The notes: generated by a model from the sequence alone, not told the origin. A DNA stretch of 64,000 nt from an uncultured Acidobacteriota bacterium (GCA_963817395.1 CAWFOC010000004.1:564914-628913), one strand, 5' to 3'; counted from the stretch's first letter, positions 37,422 through 47,077 are shown. Numbers and translations: made by a program.

Positions 37422-37458
37422 TACGCAGATCCGCGGGTTCTTACGCAGACCCCGCGGG
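37422..37458. repeat. Tandem direct repeat TACGCAGATCCGCGGG / TACGCAGACCCCGCGGG (4-nt spacer)
   Basis: Two 16/17-nt copies, each ending in a CCGCGG-type palindromic core. They lie in the convergent gap between activator 1 (stop 37258) and small protein 1 (stop about 37544). Confidence 0.6.
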
Positions 37459-37543
37459 ATGGGCGTCATGGAACGACTGGCGGCGCAGGCGAACAGAGGA
37501 ACCGGTCTGCGACACCGGCTACAGGACACCGAGCGCCCGGTGC

Positions 37544-37739
37544 TCAGTGGGCTTGTTGCGGGGGTTGGGTGTCGTCGTTCAAATGGGAGTGTTGCCAGAC
37601 CTTGCCGTCCGAGGTCTCCACGCGCAGCGTGTAGGCGATCGGCAGAGGTTCGAGCAGTGTGCTGAGCGCCTTCAGGACGACTGGCGCAAAGACGTCCCTC
37701 GTCATCGAGGGTCAGGGTCGAAATAAATCGCACGTGCAT
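37544..37739 (-). CDS. Small conserved protein, paralog 1 (about 64 aa after correcting a 1-nt frameshift in a GGG run at 37696-37698)
   Basis: ORF 37206..37739 starts MHVRFISTLTLDDEG. Shifting one base gives DVFAPVVLKALSTLLEPLPIAYTLRVETSDGKVWQHSHLNDDTQPPQQAH*, which aligns along its length with the 39872..40114 product. Confidence 0.5.
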
Positions 37740-37797
37740 GGTCTGATCACCTGGACAAGAAGCCGAATCAAACAGAAGAAGAGGCCGCCTTCAATAC

Positions 37798-37813
37798 AGC
37801 AAATCCTGTTCCC
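37798..37813 (-). promoter_or_regulatory. Sigma-54 promoter candidate: GGGAACA-GGAT-TTGCT
   Basis: Correct GG-N10-GC spacing with an exact TTGC. It is about 58 nt upstream of the small-protein-1 ATG and shares the GGAAC -24 variant with the site at 40142. Confidence 0.45.
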
Positions 37814-38026
37814 TCCCGCGGTTTCTGTCGATTGCGCCCGATCCGACTCGGGTCTCTCCTGGAAAGACAGGTGAAAATGACGTGCAACCTTACACGCTTT
37901 TTACACGGTGGGAGTACGCGACACGGCGGTTGTTCTTGATTCCGGCGACTTTTGCAAGCTGGAGTGTGAACTTAGCGGACCTATAGGAGCAAGCCTTACG
38001 TAGCCGGACCTGGCGATCCGAGGGAG

Positions 38027-39808
38027 CTAGGGAGAGCGGCTGTCCAGCTTCTTCCTGAGCTCCTGCACGTCGGCCCGGGTCTCGAGCGCTTTGTCCAGCC
38101 CGACCGCTCGTGTGAGTTCGAGCGCGGCCTCTTGCGGCCGGCCGGTTGCTTCCAGAACGAACGCATGGTGCAAGCGGATCTCCGCATTGAGCGGCTCGGC
38201 CCCGAGCTGCCTCAGACAGGAGTTCCGCAGCGCGACCGAAGTCGCCCGTCAGGAACAGAATCCATCCGAGCGTATCCGCCACGCGCCGGACTCCGGTTGG
38301 AAAATGCGTAGGCCCTTTCCGCAGGCCCGAGCGCCTCGGCGGGCGACTTCTTGTGCACGGCCAGGGCATAGGCCAGATTGTTCAGCGCTGGCACGTTTTC
38401 CGGGGTGAATTGCAGGATTTTCCGGTAGCGCTCGATCGCCCGATCGTGGTCGCCGGATTGTTCGTAGAGGGACGCCAGCACCGTTTCCGCATGGAGCAGG
38501 CGGCCGTCGAGGGCGGTCGCCTCTTCCAGCGCCGCTCGGGCGCCGGCAAAGTCTTGACGCGCCAGCCGCGACTCGGCGCGCATCACCATTTTCAAGACCT
38601 CACGGGACCCGCCGGCGCGAGCCAAGACCTCGAGTCGCCGTCGGGAGAATATCGATGGAAGCTCCGTTTCGGCGTCCAAGGTTTCCTCGAGCACCACATC
38701 TCCTGCGCGCCGTGGGAAGGGGGTGCAGAGCGGATCTCCGACCACGATAGTCTGCCAGCTCAGATACGGAACGGCGAGGTAGAACGATTCGATCAGATTG
38801 AATCCCTCGACGTACGCGGGAAACAGCACATAGGGACGTACTGCGCCGTCAAAGAGCGGCTCCGACACCTGTCCCGCCACACCGGTAGCGCCTTCACGAA
38901 CGAGATCCCCAGTGAGTGACTGCGGCGATCCGGCATAGAAGTCTCCGGGATTCGTCGGGGACCCGATCGTCCACCCCGGGGGAGGTTCCGTGAATGTCCG
39001 GGCGTCCGAGCTCAAATAGGTGGCCGCGATCGAGCCGGGGACGAAACCGAGCTTCAGGGTCCGCGTGCGGATCGCCGGGTCGTTCGAGGCCCACGAGTAG
39101 TATCCCAGCACGTCGTTCACGCCCGTCAACGCTTCACGCGTGGCCTCGAGGACGACCCGATCGCCCAGCCCGCGATCTCGCAGCGCCTCGGCGGCACTTG
39201 CGAGCCACGGGTCGCCGCCACGTTCGGCCTGTGTGGCCCGCTGGTCGAGCACGATTTTTCCGTCAGTGGTCGGCGAGAGGCCGCGATCGATCAGGCGCGT
39301 GACGTCAGCGACAGAGAAACCATCGAGGCGCGAAACCAGGAAGACATCGTGATCACGGCGCGAGAAGGGCCTGGCCTCGGTAAGCGGCCGATCCCCGAGG
39401 AAATACGGATTCTCAACACGCCCCGAATCCGAAATCGCGACGCCGGTCATCCGGCGATAGAGGAGCGTCAACTTCTGAATCGACGCTCGCGATGCTCCCC
39501 TGAGGTCCTGGTGTGCCGGCAATCCGAACGGGCAGACCTTTGGTGAGAACGATATAGAGAATGCGATCGTGCAGCCTCCCGGCGACAATCGCGCGCGCGA
39601 TCGGGTCCTCGATCAAGGTCCGGTAATCGGCTCGCGCGATCTCGTCGCCGTCCGCCACCGCGACGTGGACGATGTTCTCCGCTGGCACGCCCCGCTTCTG
39701 CGCGTAGTAGTCGGCCACCGTCTGTGAGAAGGGACTTCGATCGTTGACGACGAGAAGCACGTTGTCGCCCGTTTGGCCAGCGACTGGACGCGCCAGCAGC
39801 AGAGCCAC
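38027..39808 (-). CDS. TIGR03790-like uncharacterised protein with C-terminal TPR repeats; 3 frame changes (about 39475, 38290, 38210)
   Basis: Pieces occur in ORFs 39413..39808 (GDNVLLVVNDRSPFSQTVADYYAQKRGVPAENIVHV...ILYIVLTKGLPVRIAG...SVDSE), 38212..39588 (ENPYFLG...VFLVSRLDG...YYSWASND...WQTIVVGDPLCTPF, then TPRs) and 37890..38369. The family name is from memory. Confidence 0.55.
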
Positions 39809-39871
39809 GACGCATGCGATCGCGACGCCGATGTGATTCGGTTGGGGAGGTGCGAAAAAAGCGACGACAGG

Positions 39872-40114
39872 CTAATGCCCGGAGGAAGGATTCGCCGCGA
39901 ACCCGCTTGGCAGCACGGCGGGCTCGGCGTCTGTCGAAGCCGACTCCTGAGCCACGACGTGAGTGTGCTGATAGATTTTCGCACCGCTTGTCTCGATGCG
40001 GACGACATAGGCAATAGGCAACTGGTCAAGCAGGGCCTGAATCGCTGAAATCATCCCCTGAGCCAGTTGGCTTTCGTCCTCGGGGGTCAACGATGAGATG
40101 AAGCGGATGTCCAT
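39872..40114 (-). CDS. Small conserved protein, paralog 2 (80 aa), first gene of the operon with the TIGR03790-like gene
   Basis: MDIRFISSLTPEDESQLAQGMISAIQALLDQLPIAYVVRIETSGAKIYQHTHVVAQES... The ATG at 40114 lies downstream of the predicted sigma-54 transcription start, which excludes the longer ORF start at 40186. Its stop is 63 nt before the next gene. Confidence 0.55.
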   Translation of the reverse strand: MDIRFISSLTPEDESQLAQGMISAIQALLDQLPIAYVVRIETSGAKIYQHTHVVAQESASTDAEPAVLPSGFAANPSSGH

Positions 40115-40141
40115 GGAGCGGGAGCCGTTGTCTCGATCCAG

Positions 40142-40157
40142 TGCAATCCGCGTTCCG
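40142..40157 (-). promoter_or_regulatory. Sigma-54 promoter candidate: CGGAACG-CGGA-TTGCA
   Basis: Matches GGxACG-N4-TTGCA with canonical spacing. It is 27 nt upstream of the small-protein-2 ATG. Confidence 0.5.
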
Positions 40158-40531
40158 CACTGTGATTCTCGCGCATTTTGCTGCACTTATGCCCGCCGAA
40201 CCACCTGTAAGTCGCCGCAGGGTTGAACAATTTTCTCCTCCAGGTCGCCCTCTTCGACGCGTCTACGACCATCCCAACCATGTGAAAATGCCAATTGTCT
40301 CATGGGTTCGGTCCGACAACATCATATTGTAGAGCATTTTACAGCGATAATCTCGAGGTAGCACCTTCGTGTAGCTCGGATCCCCCTAGAGCGCCTTGCG
40401 TTCTGCCTATCGGCCGACTATTCTCTTCCAGACGCTTGACGAGAAGACTTTCGTGCTCGCCCGCCCGTCGACAAGCCTTTATAACCTCCCCGGCCGAGAG
40501 CACTCATACTTAACCGTTCGAGGCACACGTA

Positions 40532-41653
40532 ATGAGCAGTGATTACCACCAGTTGATTGGGTCGAGTAGTGTCGTTCAGCGGCTGGACCAGGCGATTGAA
40601 TCGGCCGCCAGCTCTGACGCAAAGGTCCTCATCGTCGGGGAAAGCGGTGTGGGCAAGGAAATCGTGGCCCGCCTGATCCATGCCCGCAGCCGTCGGCGGG
40701 TTGCCCCGATGATCACGATGAACTGCGCGAGCGTGCCGGATACCTTGCTCGAGAGCGAGATGTTCGGCCATCTGCGCGGCAGCTTCACCGGGGCCTATCG
40801 GGATCGGCCGGGCGTCCTGCAGATGGCTCACCGGGGCACGCTCTTCATGGACGAAGTGGGTGAGATGAGCCTGCGGATGCAGGGGCTTCTGCTTCGTTTT
40901 CTCGAGACGGGCGAGATCCAGCGTGTGGGCGATACCCGGACCGAGCCCAAGGTCGATGTGCGGGTCATTGCGGCGACAAATCGCAACCTCGCGGAACAAC
41001 TGGCGAGCAAGAGCTTCCGCGAAGATCTCTACTATCGCTTGAATGTCATCCATATCGTGGTTCCGCCGCTCAGGGAGCGTGCCGAGGACGTGGTTCCCCT
41101 TCTCGAGCATTTCCTGACGATGTTTGCCCGGCAGTATCAGATCCTGAAGCCGGAGTTCACCCCCGAAGCGCGCCAGTGTCTCGTGGAGTACCGTTGGCCC
41201 GGGAACGTGCGGGAGCTGCGCAACTTCGTGGAACGGCTCATGGTGACCTCGCCTGGCCGGCTGGTCACGGTAGACGATCTGCCTTCCGAGGTTCAGCATC
41301 ATCCGATCGTCGAGCGGATCGTGAGGCCACTGCGTCGATCGGTCGCCGATGAGGTCTTCGATCAGATGGTCAACGGCCGTGAGTCTTTCTGGTCGGTCGT
41401 CTATGGTCCCTTCATGTCACGCGACATGACGCGCGACGATTTGCGTCAGATCGTGGCGAAGGGACTCGAGCAGACCTCAGGCAGCTACAAGATTCTCGTG
41501 CAGTTGTTCAACATGGAACCGAACGACTACAAGCGGGTCCTGAACTTTCTGCGAAAGCACAACTGCCACATGCCGTTCCAGCGCTTCCGCAACGCGCCGG
41601 CGAGACCCGAGACCGCCCGGGTGACTCACTCGTCGGGAGCCTCCGCCGCATAG
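40532..41653 (+). CDS. Sigma-54-dependent transcriptional activator without N-terminal regulatory domain (copy 2, paralog of 36140..37258)
   Basis: Contains MSSDYHQLIGSSS, Walker A IVGESGVGKE, GSFTGA loop, LFMDEV, RFLETGEIQRVG and WPGNVRELRN. It has the same unusual C-terminus as copy 1 (SGSYKILVQLFNMEPNDYKRVLNFLRKHNCHMPF). Confidence 0.8.
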   Translation: MSSDYHQLIGSSSVVQRLDQAIESAASSDAKVLIVGESGVGKEIVARLIHARSRRRVAPMITMNCASVPDTLLESEMFGHLRGSFTGAYRDRPGVLQMAHRGTLFMDEVGEMSLRMQGLLLRFLETGEIQRVGDTRTEPKVDVRVIAATNRNLAEQLASKSFREDLYYRLNVIHIVVPPLRERAEDVVPLLEHFLTMFARQYQILKPEFTPEARQCLVEYRWPGNVRELRNFVERLMVTSPGRLVTVDDLPSEVQHHPIVERIVRPLRRSVADEVFDQMVNGRESFWSVVYGPFMSRDMTRDDLRQIVAKGLEQTSGSYKILVQLFNMEPNDYKRVLNFLRKHNCHMPFQRFRNAPARPETARVTHSSGASAA

Positions 41654-41681
41654 CGGCGGGTGCCGCCGTCGTGTTTCAATT
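41654..41681 (+). terminator. Possible intrinsic terminator after activator 2
   Basis: CGGCGG-gtg-CCGCCG stem followed by the U-containing tail tcgtgtttcaatt. The stem is short. Confidence 0.3.
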
Positions 41682-41922
41682 CGCCGTCTGACGCCAACCG
41701 GCCGGGCCGCTGTGCCGGCCGGTGTGGCCACCCGCGTCTCCGACCACCGACAGGACCATTCCAGCGCTGACGCTTCTGAAATCGAGGCTCCAACCAAGCC
41801 CCGGTTGATACTGGATTCACGGCTCAGAAAACGTGGACCAGGAATTCGGTTCAGCGGGCCGATGGGTCAGGCGACAGCGTCCGCAGGCATTTCAGGCCGG
41901 TATCCCATATACTTCGACGTCC

Positions 41923-43233
41923 ATGCGGGCGGTCGACATCATCCAGGCCAAGCGCGACGGCGGGTCCCTGTCGCGTGACCAGATCGAATGTTTTGTGCGC
42001 GGAGCCACAACGCTCGAATGGCCCGACTATCAGGTTTCTGCGTTGCTCATGGCGATTGTCGTGAAGGGGATGACTTCGGAGGAGACAGCCGTTCTGACCG
42101 ACGCCATGGTCCGCTCGGGCGCCCGAGTCGATCTGTCCTCGATTCCAGGCCTCAAGGTTGACAAGCACAGCACGGGCGGTGTCGGCGACAAGATCTCGCT
42201 CGTGCTCGCCCCGCTCGCTGCCGCGTGCGGTGTGATCGTTCCCATGATGTCGGGGCGCGGCCTCGGGCACTCGGGCGGGACGCTGGACAAGCTCGAAGCC
42301 ATTCCCGGGTTTCGCGTGGGCTTGTCGCTCGACGAGTTCCGCGCTGCCCTCTCGGATGTTGGCTGCTGCATGATCGGGCAGACTGACGAAATCGCACCGG
42401 CCGATCGCAAGCTCTATGCGCTCAGAGACGTCACGGGCACCGTCGAGAGCATTCCTCTGATCTCGGCATCGATCATGAGCAAGAAGATCGCGGAAGGCAT
42501 CGACGCGCTCGTGCTGGACGTCAAGGTGGGGCGCGGCGCGTTCATGCGGACCGAGGCCGATGCGCGTGAGCTGGCTCAGTCGCTCGTGGCCATTGGTCGC
42601 GCAGCGGGTGTCGCGACCGAAGCGACGCTCAGCGCCATGGATGTCCCGCTCGGGCGTGCCGTCGGCAACGGACTGGAAGTGGCCGAGTCCATCGAGACGC
42701 TCAAAGGGCAGGGCCCTCCCGACGTCGAAGCGCTCTCGGTCTGGCTCGCGGCCAGAATGATGGTGCGTGCTCGGGTTGTCCAGCGAACGTCGGAGGGCGA
42801 GGCGCTGGCGCGCCGCGCGCTCGCGTCGGGCGAGGCGCTCGAGAAGTTCCGGCAGATCATCGCTCGCCAGGGCGGTGATCCCCGCGTGGTGGACGACGAG
42901 CGCCGGCTGGCGTCGGCTCCGATGCGCACGCTCGTGCGCGCCCCTCGAGCGGGATGGCTGTCGCTGCTCGATGCGGGCCTCGTGGGCCGGGCCTCGGTGG
43001 CACTTGGCGCAGGACGCGATCGCGTCGACGCCGTGATCGATCCATCGGCCGGCATTGTGCTGCACGCGCGGCCCGGCGATCTGCTCGGTCAGGGTGATGC
43101 CGTCATGGAGTTGCATTACGGACCAGCCGCGCGCGTCGACGAGGCCGAGGTGCTGGCCGCCTCAGCGGTCGTGCTGGCAGACGAGGCGCCACCGCCCCAG
43201 CCGCTCATCGTCGGGACGATCGGGAGCGATTGA
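41923..43233 (+). CDS. deoA: Thymidine (pyrimidine-nucleoside) phosphorylase
   Basis: Contains MRAVDIIQAKRDGGSLSRDQI..., VDKHSTGGVGDK, MSGRGLGHSGGTLDKLE and LYALRDVTGTVES. Confidence 0.85.
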   Translation: MRAVDIIQAKRDGGSLSRDQIECFVRGATTLEWPDYQVSALLMAIVVKGMTSEETAVLTDAMVRSGARVDLSSIPGLKVDKHSTGGVGDKISLVLAPLAAACGVIVPMMSGRGLGHSGGTLDKLEAIPGFRVGLSLDEFRAALSDVGCCMIGQTDEIAPADRKLYALRDVTGTVESIPLISASIMSKKIAEGIDALVLDVKVGRGAFMRTEADARELAQSLVAIGRAAGVATEATLSAMDVPLGRAVGNGLEVAESIETLKGQGPPDVEALSVWLAARMMVRARVVQRTSEGEALARRALASGEALEKFRQIIARQGGDPRVVDDERRLASAPMRTLVRAPRAGWLSLLDAGLVGRASVALGAGRDRVDAVIDPSAGIVLHARPGDLLGQGDAVMELHYGPAARVDEAEVLAASAVVLADEAPPPQPLIVGTIGSD

Positions 43234-43265
43234 GGTGCGCATGGGCGTTCCGCACGAGGATCTCG

Positions 43266-44082
43266 ATGTCTGAATACGATCTGTCGCGTGAGGCCGCAGA
43301 TTGGATCGGTCGCACGGGCGCCACGCCTGACGTCGCCGTCGTGCTGGGTTCAGGCCTGGGGGAGTTTGCAGCCCATCTCGACGCAGGCCCGGTCGATTGC
43401 CTACCAGGAGATTCCTCACTGGCCGGTCACTGGAGTGCCCGGCCACGACGGTCGTCTGGTCCTGGGCAGGATCGGCGAACGGAGGGTGGCCGCCCTGTCG
43501 GGACGAGTCCATTTCTATGAAGGGCACAGCCTCAGCCGCGTGACATTCGCCGTCCGCGTGCTTGGCCTGCTCGGCGTTCGCGTGCTGATCCTGACCAATG
43601 CGGCCGGAGGTATCAACACGGGCTTTCGCCAGGGCGCGCTGATGATCATCGACGACCACATCAATGCGATGGGCAGCAACCCGCTCGTCGGCCCCAACGA
43701 AGATCGCTTCGGCGTGCGATTTCCCGACATGAGCGAGGTCTATTCCACGCGTCTCAGGGCGCTCGCCGAGCGCGTGGGCCAGGAACGGGGATTGGATCTG
43801 GTCCATGGCGTCTATCTCGGCCTTCACGGGCCGAGTTTCGAGACGCCTGCGGAAATCAGGGCTTTTCGGGTGCTTGGCGCCGATGCCGTCGGCATGTCCA
43901 CGGTGCCCGAGGCGATTGTGGCGCGGCACATGGGCATCGAGGTGCTGGGCGTTTCGTGCATCACGAACATGGCCGCGGGAGTGTTTCCCGAGCCGCTGAG
44001 CCACGAGGAAGTGATGGAGACCACGCACCGCGTGCGCGGACAGTTTCTGGCCCTGCTGGAGGGTGTCATTGCCGGGCTCTGA
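43266..44082 (+). CDS. punA: Purine nucleoside phosphorylase (trimeric PunA/PNP-I family); one frameshift near 43385
   Basis: VAVVLGSGLGEF lies in ORF 43230..43520. ORF 43288..44082 continues with YQEIPHWPVTGVPGHDGRLVLG...GRVHFYEGHS...GPSFETPAEIR...GMSTVPE. Confidence 0.8.
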
Positions 44083-44774
44083 GCGCACGCGCGTGTCGAT
44101 TGTGGCCTTCGACGTGGAGCCGGACCGGCGCGATCGGTTTCTGGAGTTGATGGACGCGTTACATGCCATCGCGCGCCGCAAGGGTTATGGCACGCATGAT
44201 CTCGTTGTGGACCCAAGCAAGCCGTTGGCCTATTTCAACCTCCAGGCGTGGGCGACCGAAGAGGCCGTCCGACACTACCAGGACGACCCGGATGTTCGGG
44301 TGCTCGTCGACGCGCTCGGCGAGACCGCGACCATGAGGCCGATCGTGGAGGCGGCCACTCCCGTTAGCCGGTCGGCTCCGGATGAGAGAGATCTGCTCGA
44401 CGCCGCGCGCGACGCGCGCGATCGCGCGCACGCACGGTTCTCCGGCTTCAAGGTGGGCGCAGCGCTCGAGACCGCGGACGGCGCCATAGTCACCGGCTGC
44501 AACGTCGAGAACGCGACCTACGGTCTCACCCTCTGCGCTGAACGCGTCGCCGTGTTCCGGGCGCATTGCCGAAGGGCACCGTTCGTTCCGTCGTGTTGCG
44601 GTGGTGGCCGACACGGACACGCTCACTCCGCCTTGCGGTGCGTGCCGCCAGATACTCTGGGAATTCGGCGGTGACCTCGGACTCGTCCTGGGTAACCTTG
44701 ATGGGAAAATTCTCCGCCTCACGATGAAGGATCTCCTGCCGCTTCCCTTCGACGCCAGTTTCCTCGACGGGTAG
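44063..44774 (+). CDS. cdd: ABM-like domain fused to cytidine deaminase; one frameshift near 44563
   Basis: The N-terminal ~95 aa resemble an antibiotic-biosynthesis-monooxygenase-like fold ([23 protein letters not shown]...[19 protein letters not shown]). The Cdd core follows with [18 protein letters not shown] and, in the shifted frame, [14 protein letters not shown]...FLDG*. Confidence 0.65.
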
Positions 44775-44899
44775 TCTGTCGCACGCCCGGCGCACGGACG
44801 AGGACCTCCGTGCTGCAATCACGTCGAGGCGGGTGTCGAGCGCGGCGCGCGCCGAGGCTCCGACGGGCTGCCGGCGCTTTTTGCAGTATCATTTTTTGC

Positions 44900-45961
44900 A
44901 TGCTCCCCACCATCGACTGGACGGACGATGTCGTCGTCATGATCGACCAGCGGAAGCTGCCGACGGCGGAGGTGTTCGTCCGGTGCCGCACCGCGCAGGA
45001 CGTGGCACGCGCAATCAAGAGCATGGTCATCCGCGGGGCGCCGGCCATCGGCGTGGCCGCAGCGATGGGCATCGCCCTCGGGATCGGTCAGAGCAAGGCG
45101 ACGGGCACGCAGAAACTCGCGGTCGATCTGGCAAAGCTCTGTGAGCTCATGGCGGGCACCAGGCCGACGGCGGTGAATCTGTTCTGGGCGATCGACCGGA
45201 TGAAACGCGCGTTTGCGGCGGGGGCCTCGGCGGGGGAGTCCGTTGTCGAGCTCCGGGATCGACTCGCGAGAGAAGCCCGGCGCATCCACGACGAGGATGT
45301 CGCGAGTTGCCGTGCGATGGGTGCGCACGGCGCAAGCCTGATCGCCGATCAGGCACGCATCCTGACGCACTGCAATGCCGGGGCGCTCGCGACGGCCGGC
45401 TATGGCAGTGCACTCGGCGTCGTTCGCGCAGCGGTCGAGCAGGGCAAGCAAGTCTCGGTGCTCGCCGATGAGACGCGTCCGTTCCTGCAGGGTGCCAGGC
45501 TGACGGCATGGGAGCTGATGCGCGAGGGGATCGATACGACGGTGATCACCGACAACATGGCCGGCTCGCTGATGCGCGGAGGCCAGATCGACGTGGTCGT
45601 GGTCGGTGCCGATCGTATTGCGGCCAACGGTGACGTCGCCAACAAGATCGGGACCTATCCCGTGGCCGTTCTTGCGAGGGAGCACGGGTTACCCTTCTAT
45701 GTGGCAGCGCCGACTTCGACCATCGATCTCTCGACGCCGGACGGCGATCACATTCCGATCGAAGAACGCAGCGCGCGCGAGGTGACTCACTACGGGTCAG
45801 CTCGGCTCACCCCGGACGGTGTTCGAGTGAGGAATCCGGCGTTTGATGTCACGCCCCATCGACTGGTCACCGCCATCATCACCGAGACCGGCATCTTCAG
45901 GTCGCCGTACGATCAGTCGTTGCCGACGGCATTCGCGCAGCCGGTGGCGGGTACCGTCTGA
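44900..45961 (+). CDS. mtnA: S-methyl-5-thioribose-1-phosphate isomerase
   Basis: Contains [21 protein letters not shown]...[20 protein letters not shown]... and [18 protein letters not shown]. Confidence 0.8.
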   Translation: MLPTIDWTDDVVVMIDQRKLPTAEVFVRCRTAQDVARAIKSMVIRGAPAIGVAAAMGIALGIGQSKATGTQKLAVDLAKLCELMAGTRPTAVNLFWAIDRMKRAFAAGASAGESVVELRDRLAREARRIHDEDVASCRAMGAHGASLIADQARILTHCNAGALATAGYGSALGVVRAAVEQGKQVSVLADETRPFLQGARLTAWELMREGIDTTVITDNMAGSLMRGGQIDVVVVGADRIAANGDVANKIGTYPVAVLAREHGLPFYVAAPTSTIDLSTPDGDHIPIEERSAREVTHYGSARLTPDGVRVRNPAFDVTPHRLVTAIITETGIFRSPYDQSLPTAFAQPVAGTV

Positions 45962-46000
45962 ACACGCAAATCGCTCCACGCCGCCTGAACCGCGGCTCCT

Positions 46001-47077
46001 GTGCTGATACTGGGAATTGAAACGTCGTGCGACGAAACCTCGGCGGCCGTCGTCGAAGAGACCGCTGACACGGCCAGGCCCTGGCGTATCCGCTCGAATG
46101 TCGTCGCCTCACAAGACGACGTGCATCGAGAGTGGGGCGGCGTGGTGCCGGAGCTGGCGGCTCGTCAGCATGTCCGCGACATCTGTCCGGTTGTCGACCG
46201 GGCGCTCGCGGACGCCGGCTGCGGCTGGTCCGCTCTCGGTGCCGTCGCGGTGACCCAGGGGCCGGGCCTGGTGGGCTCGCTCCTCGTCGGCGTGGCCTAT
46301 GCCAAGGCGGTCGCCTACTCGCTCGGCCTGCCGCTCGTGCCGGTGCATCATCTCGCAGGACACATCGAATCGCTCTTCCTCGAGCACGGCACGATCGAGT
46401 TGCCCTCGGTGGTTCTGGTCGTCTCGGGCGGTCACACGAGTCTCTTCGAGGTGCCGGAGCCCGGCATCTATCGCCTTCTTGGCCGGACCAGAGACGACGC
46501 CGCCGGCGAGGCGTACGACAAGGTCGCGAAGTTGATGGGTCTTGGCTATCCCGGGGGACCGATCATCGATCGGCTGGCTGCCGAGGGTCACGACAGGGCC
46601 ATCGAATTTTCTGTGGCCCGCATGACGCATGCGGACCGCAATCGGCCATGGCTCAAAGGAGATCTCGACTTCAGCTTCAGTGGGCTGAAGACCGCCGTGC
46701 TTCGCTACGTGCGCACGACCGGGGATTCACTGAACGCCGCCGATCTGGCCGCGAGCTTCCAGCGGGTGGTCGTCGAAACACTCGTGGAGCGTGTGTTCGA
46801 CGCGGCGGAGCGATCCGAGGCCCGCAGCATCGGCATCGCGGGAGGCGTGTCTGCGAACAGCCGGCTGCGGCGTGATGCGCACGCGCGCGGGACACAATCG
46901 GGCGTCCCGGTGTATCTGCCCAGTCTCAAGCTGTCCACTGACAATGCAGCCATGATTGCGGCGGCCGGGCTGCGGCGGCTGGCATCAGGCGTCCGTGCGG
47001 ACTGGAGTCTGAACGCCGATGCCGCGTTGGCAATCGAGGTGGATCCAGGCGTCGCTCGGTCGCAAGCAGGATCATGA
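46001..47077 (+). CDS. tsaD: tRNA N6-adenosine threonylcarbamoyltransferase
   Basis: Contains [20 protein letters not shown]...GH metal-binding motifs ([10 protein letters not shown]) and VSGGHTSL. The 358-aa ORF is intact. Confidence 0.9.
   Translation: MLILGIETSCDETSAAVVEETADTARPWRIRSNVVASQDDVHREWGGVVPELAARQHVRDICPVVDRALADAGCGWSALGAVAVTQGPGLVGSLLVGVAYAKAVAYSLGLPLVPVHHLAGHIESLFLEHGTIELPSVVLVVSGGHTSLFEVPEPGIYRLLGRTRDDAAGEAYDKVAKLMGLGYPGGPIIDRLAAEGHDRAIEFSVARMTHADRNRPWLKGDLDFSFSGLKTAVLRYVRTTGDSLNAADLAASFQRVVVETLVERVFDAAERSEARSIGIAGGVSANSRLRRDAHARGTQSGVPVYLPSLKLSTDNAAMIAAAGLRRLASGVRADWSLNADAALAIEVDPGVARSQAGS

Noticed and set aside
37871-37879. Shared 9-mer GTGAAAATG upstream of both small-protein promoters (also at 40282..40290), with loosely inverted partners (CTTTTTACAC / CATTTTACAG), considered as a common enhancer
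   Set aside because: One shared 9-mer between two AT-enriched regions of 200-400 bp is about what chance predicts. The distances to the promoters (about 60 versus 125 nt) and the arm spacings (17 versus 45 nt) also differ.
40298-40320. GGGTTCGGTCC resembling a tRNA T-arm
   Set aside because: There is no acceptor stem, anticodon arm or D-arm in the flanks, so this is an isolated partial match.
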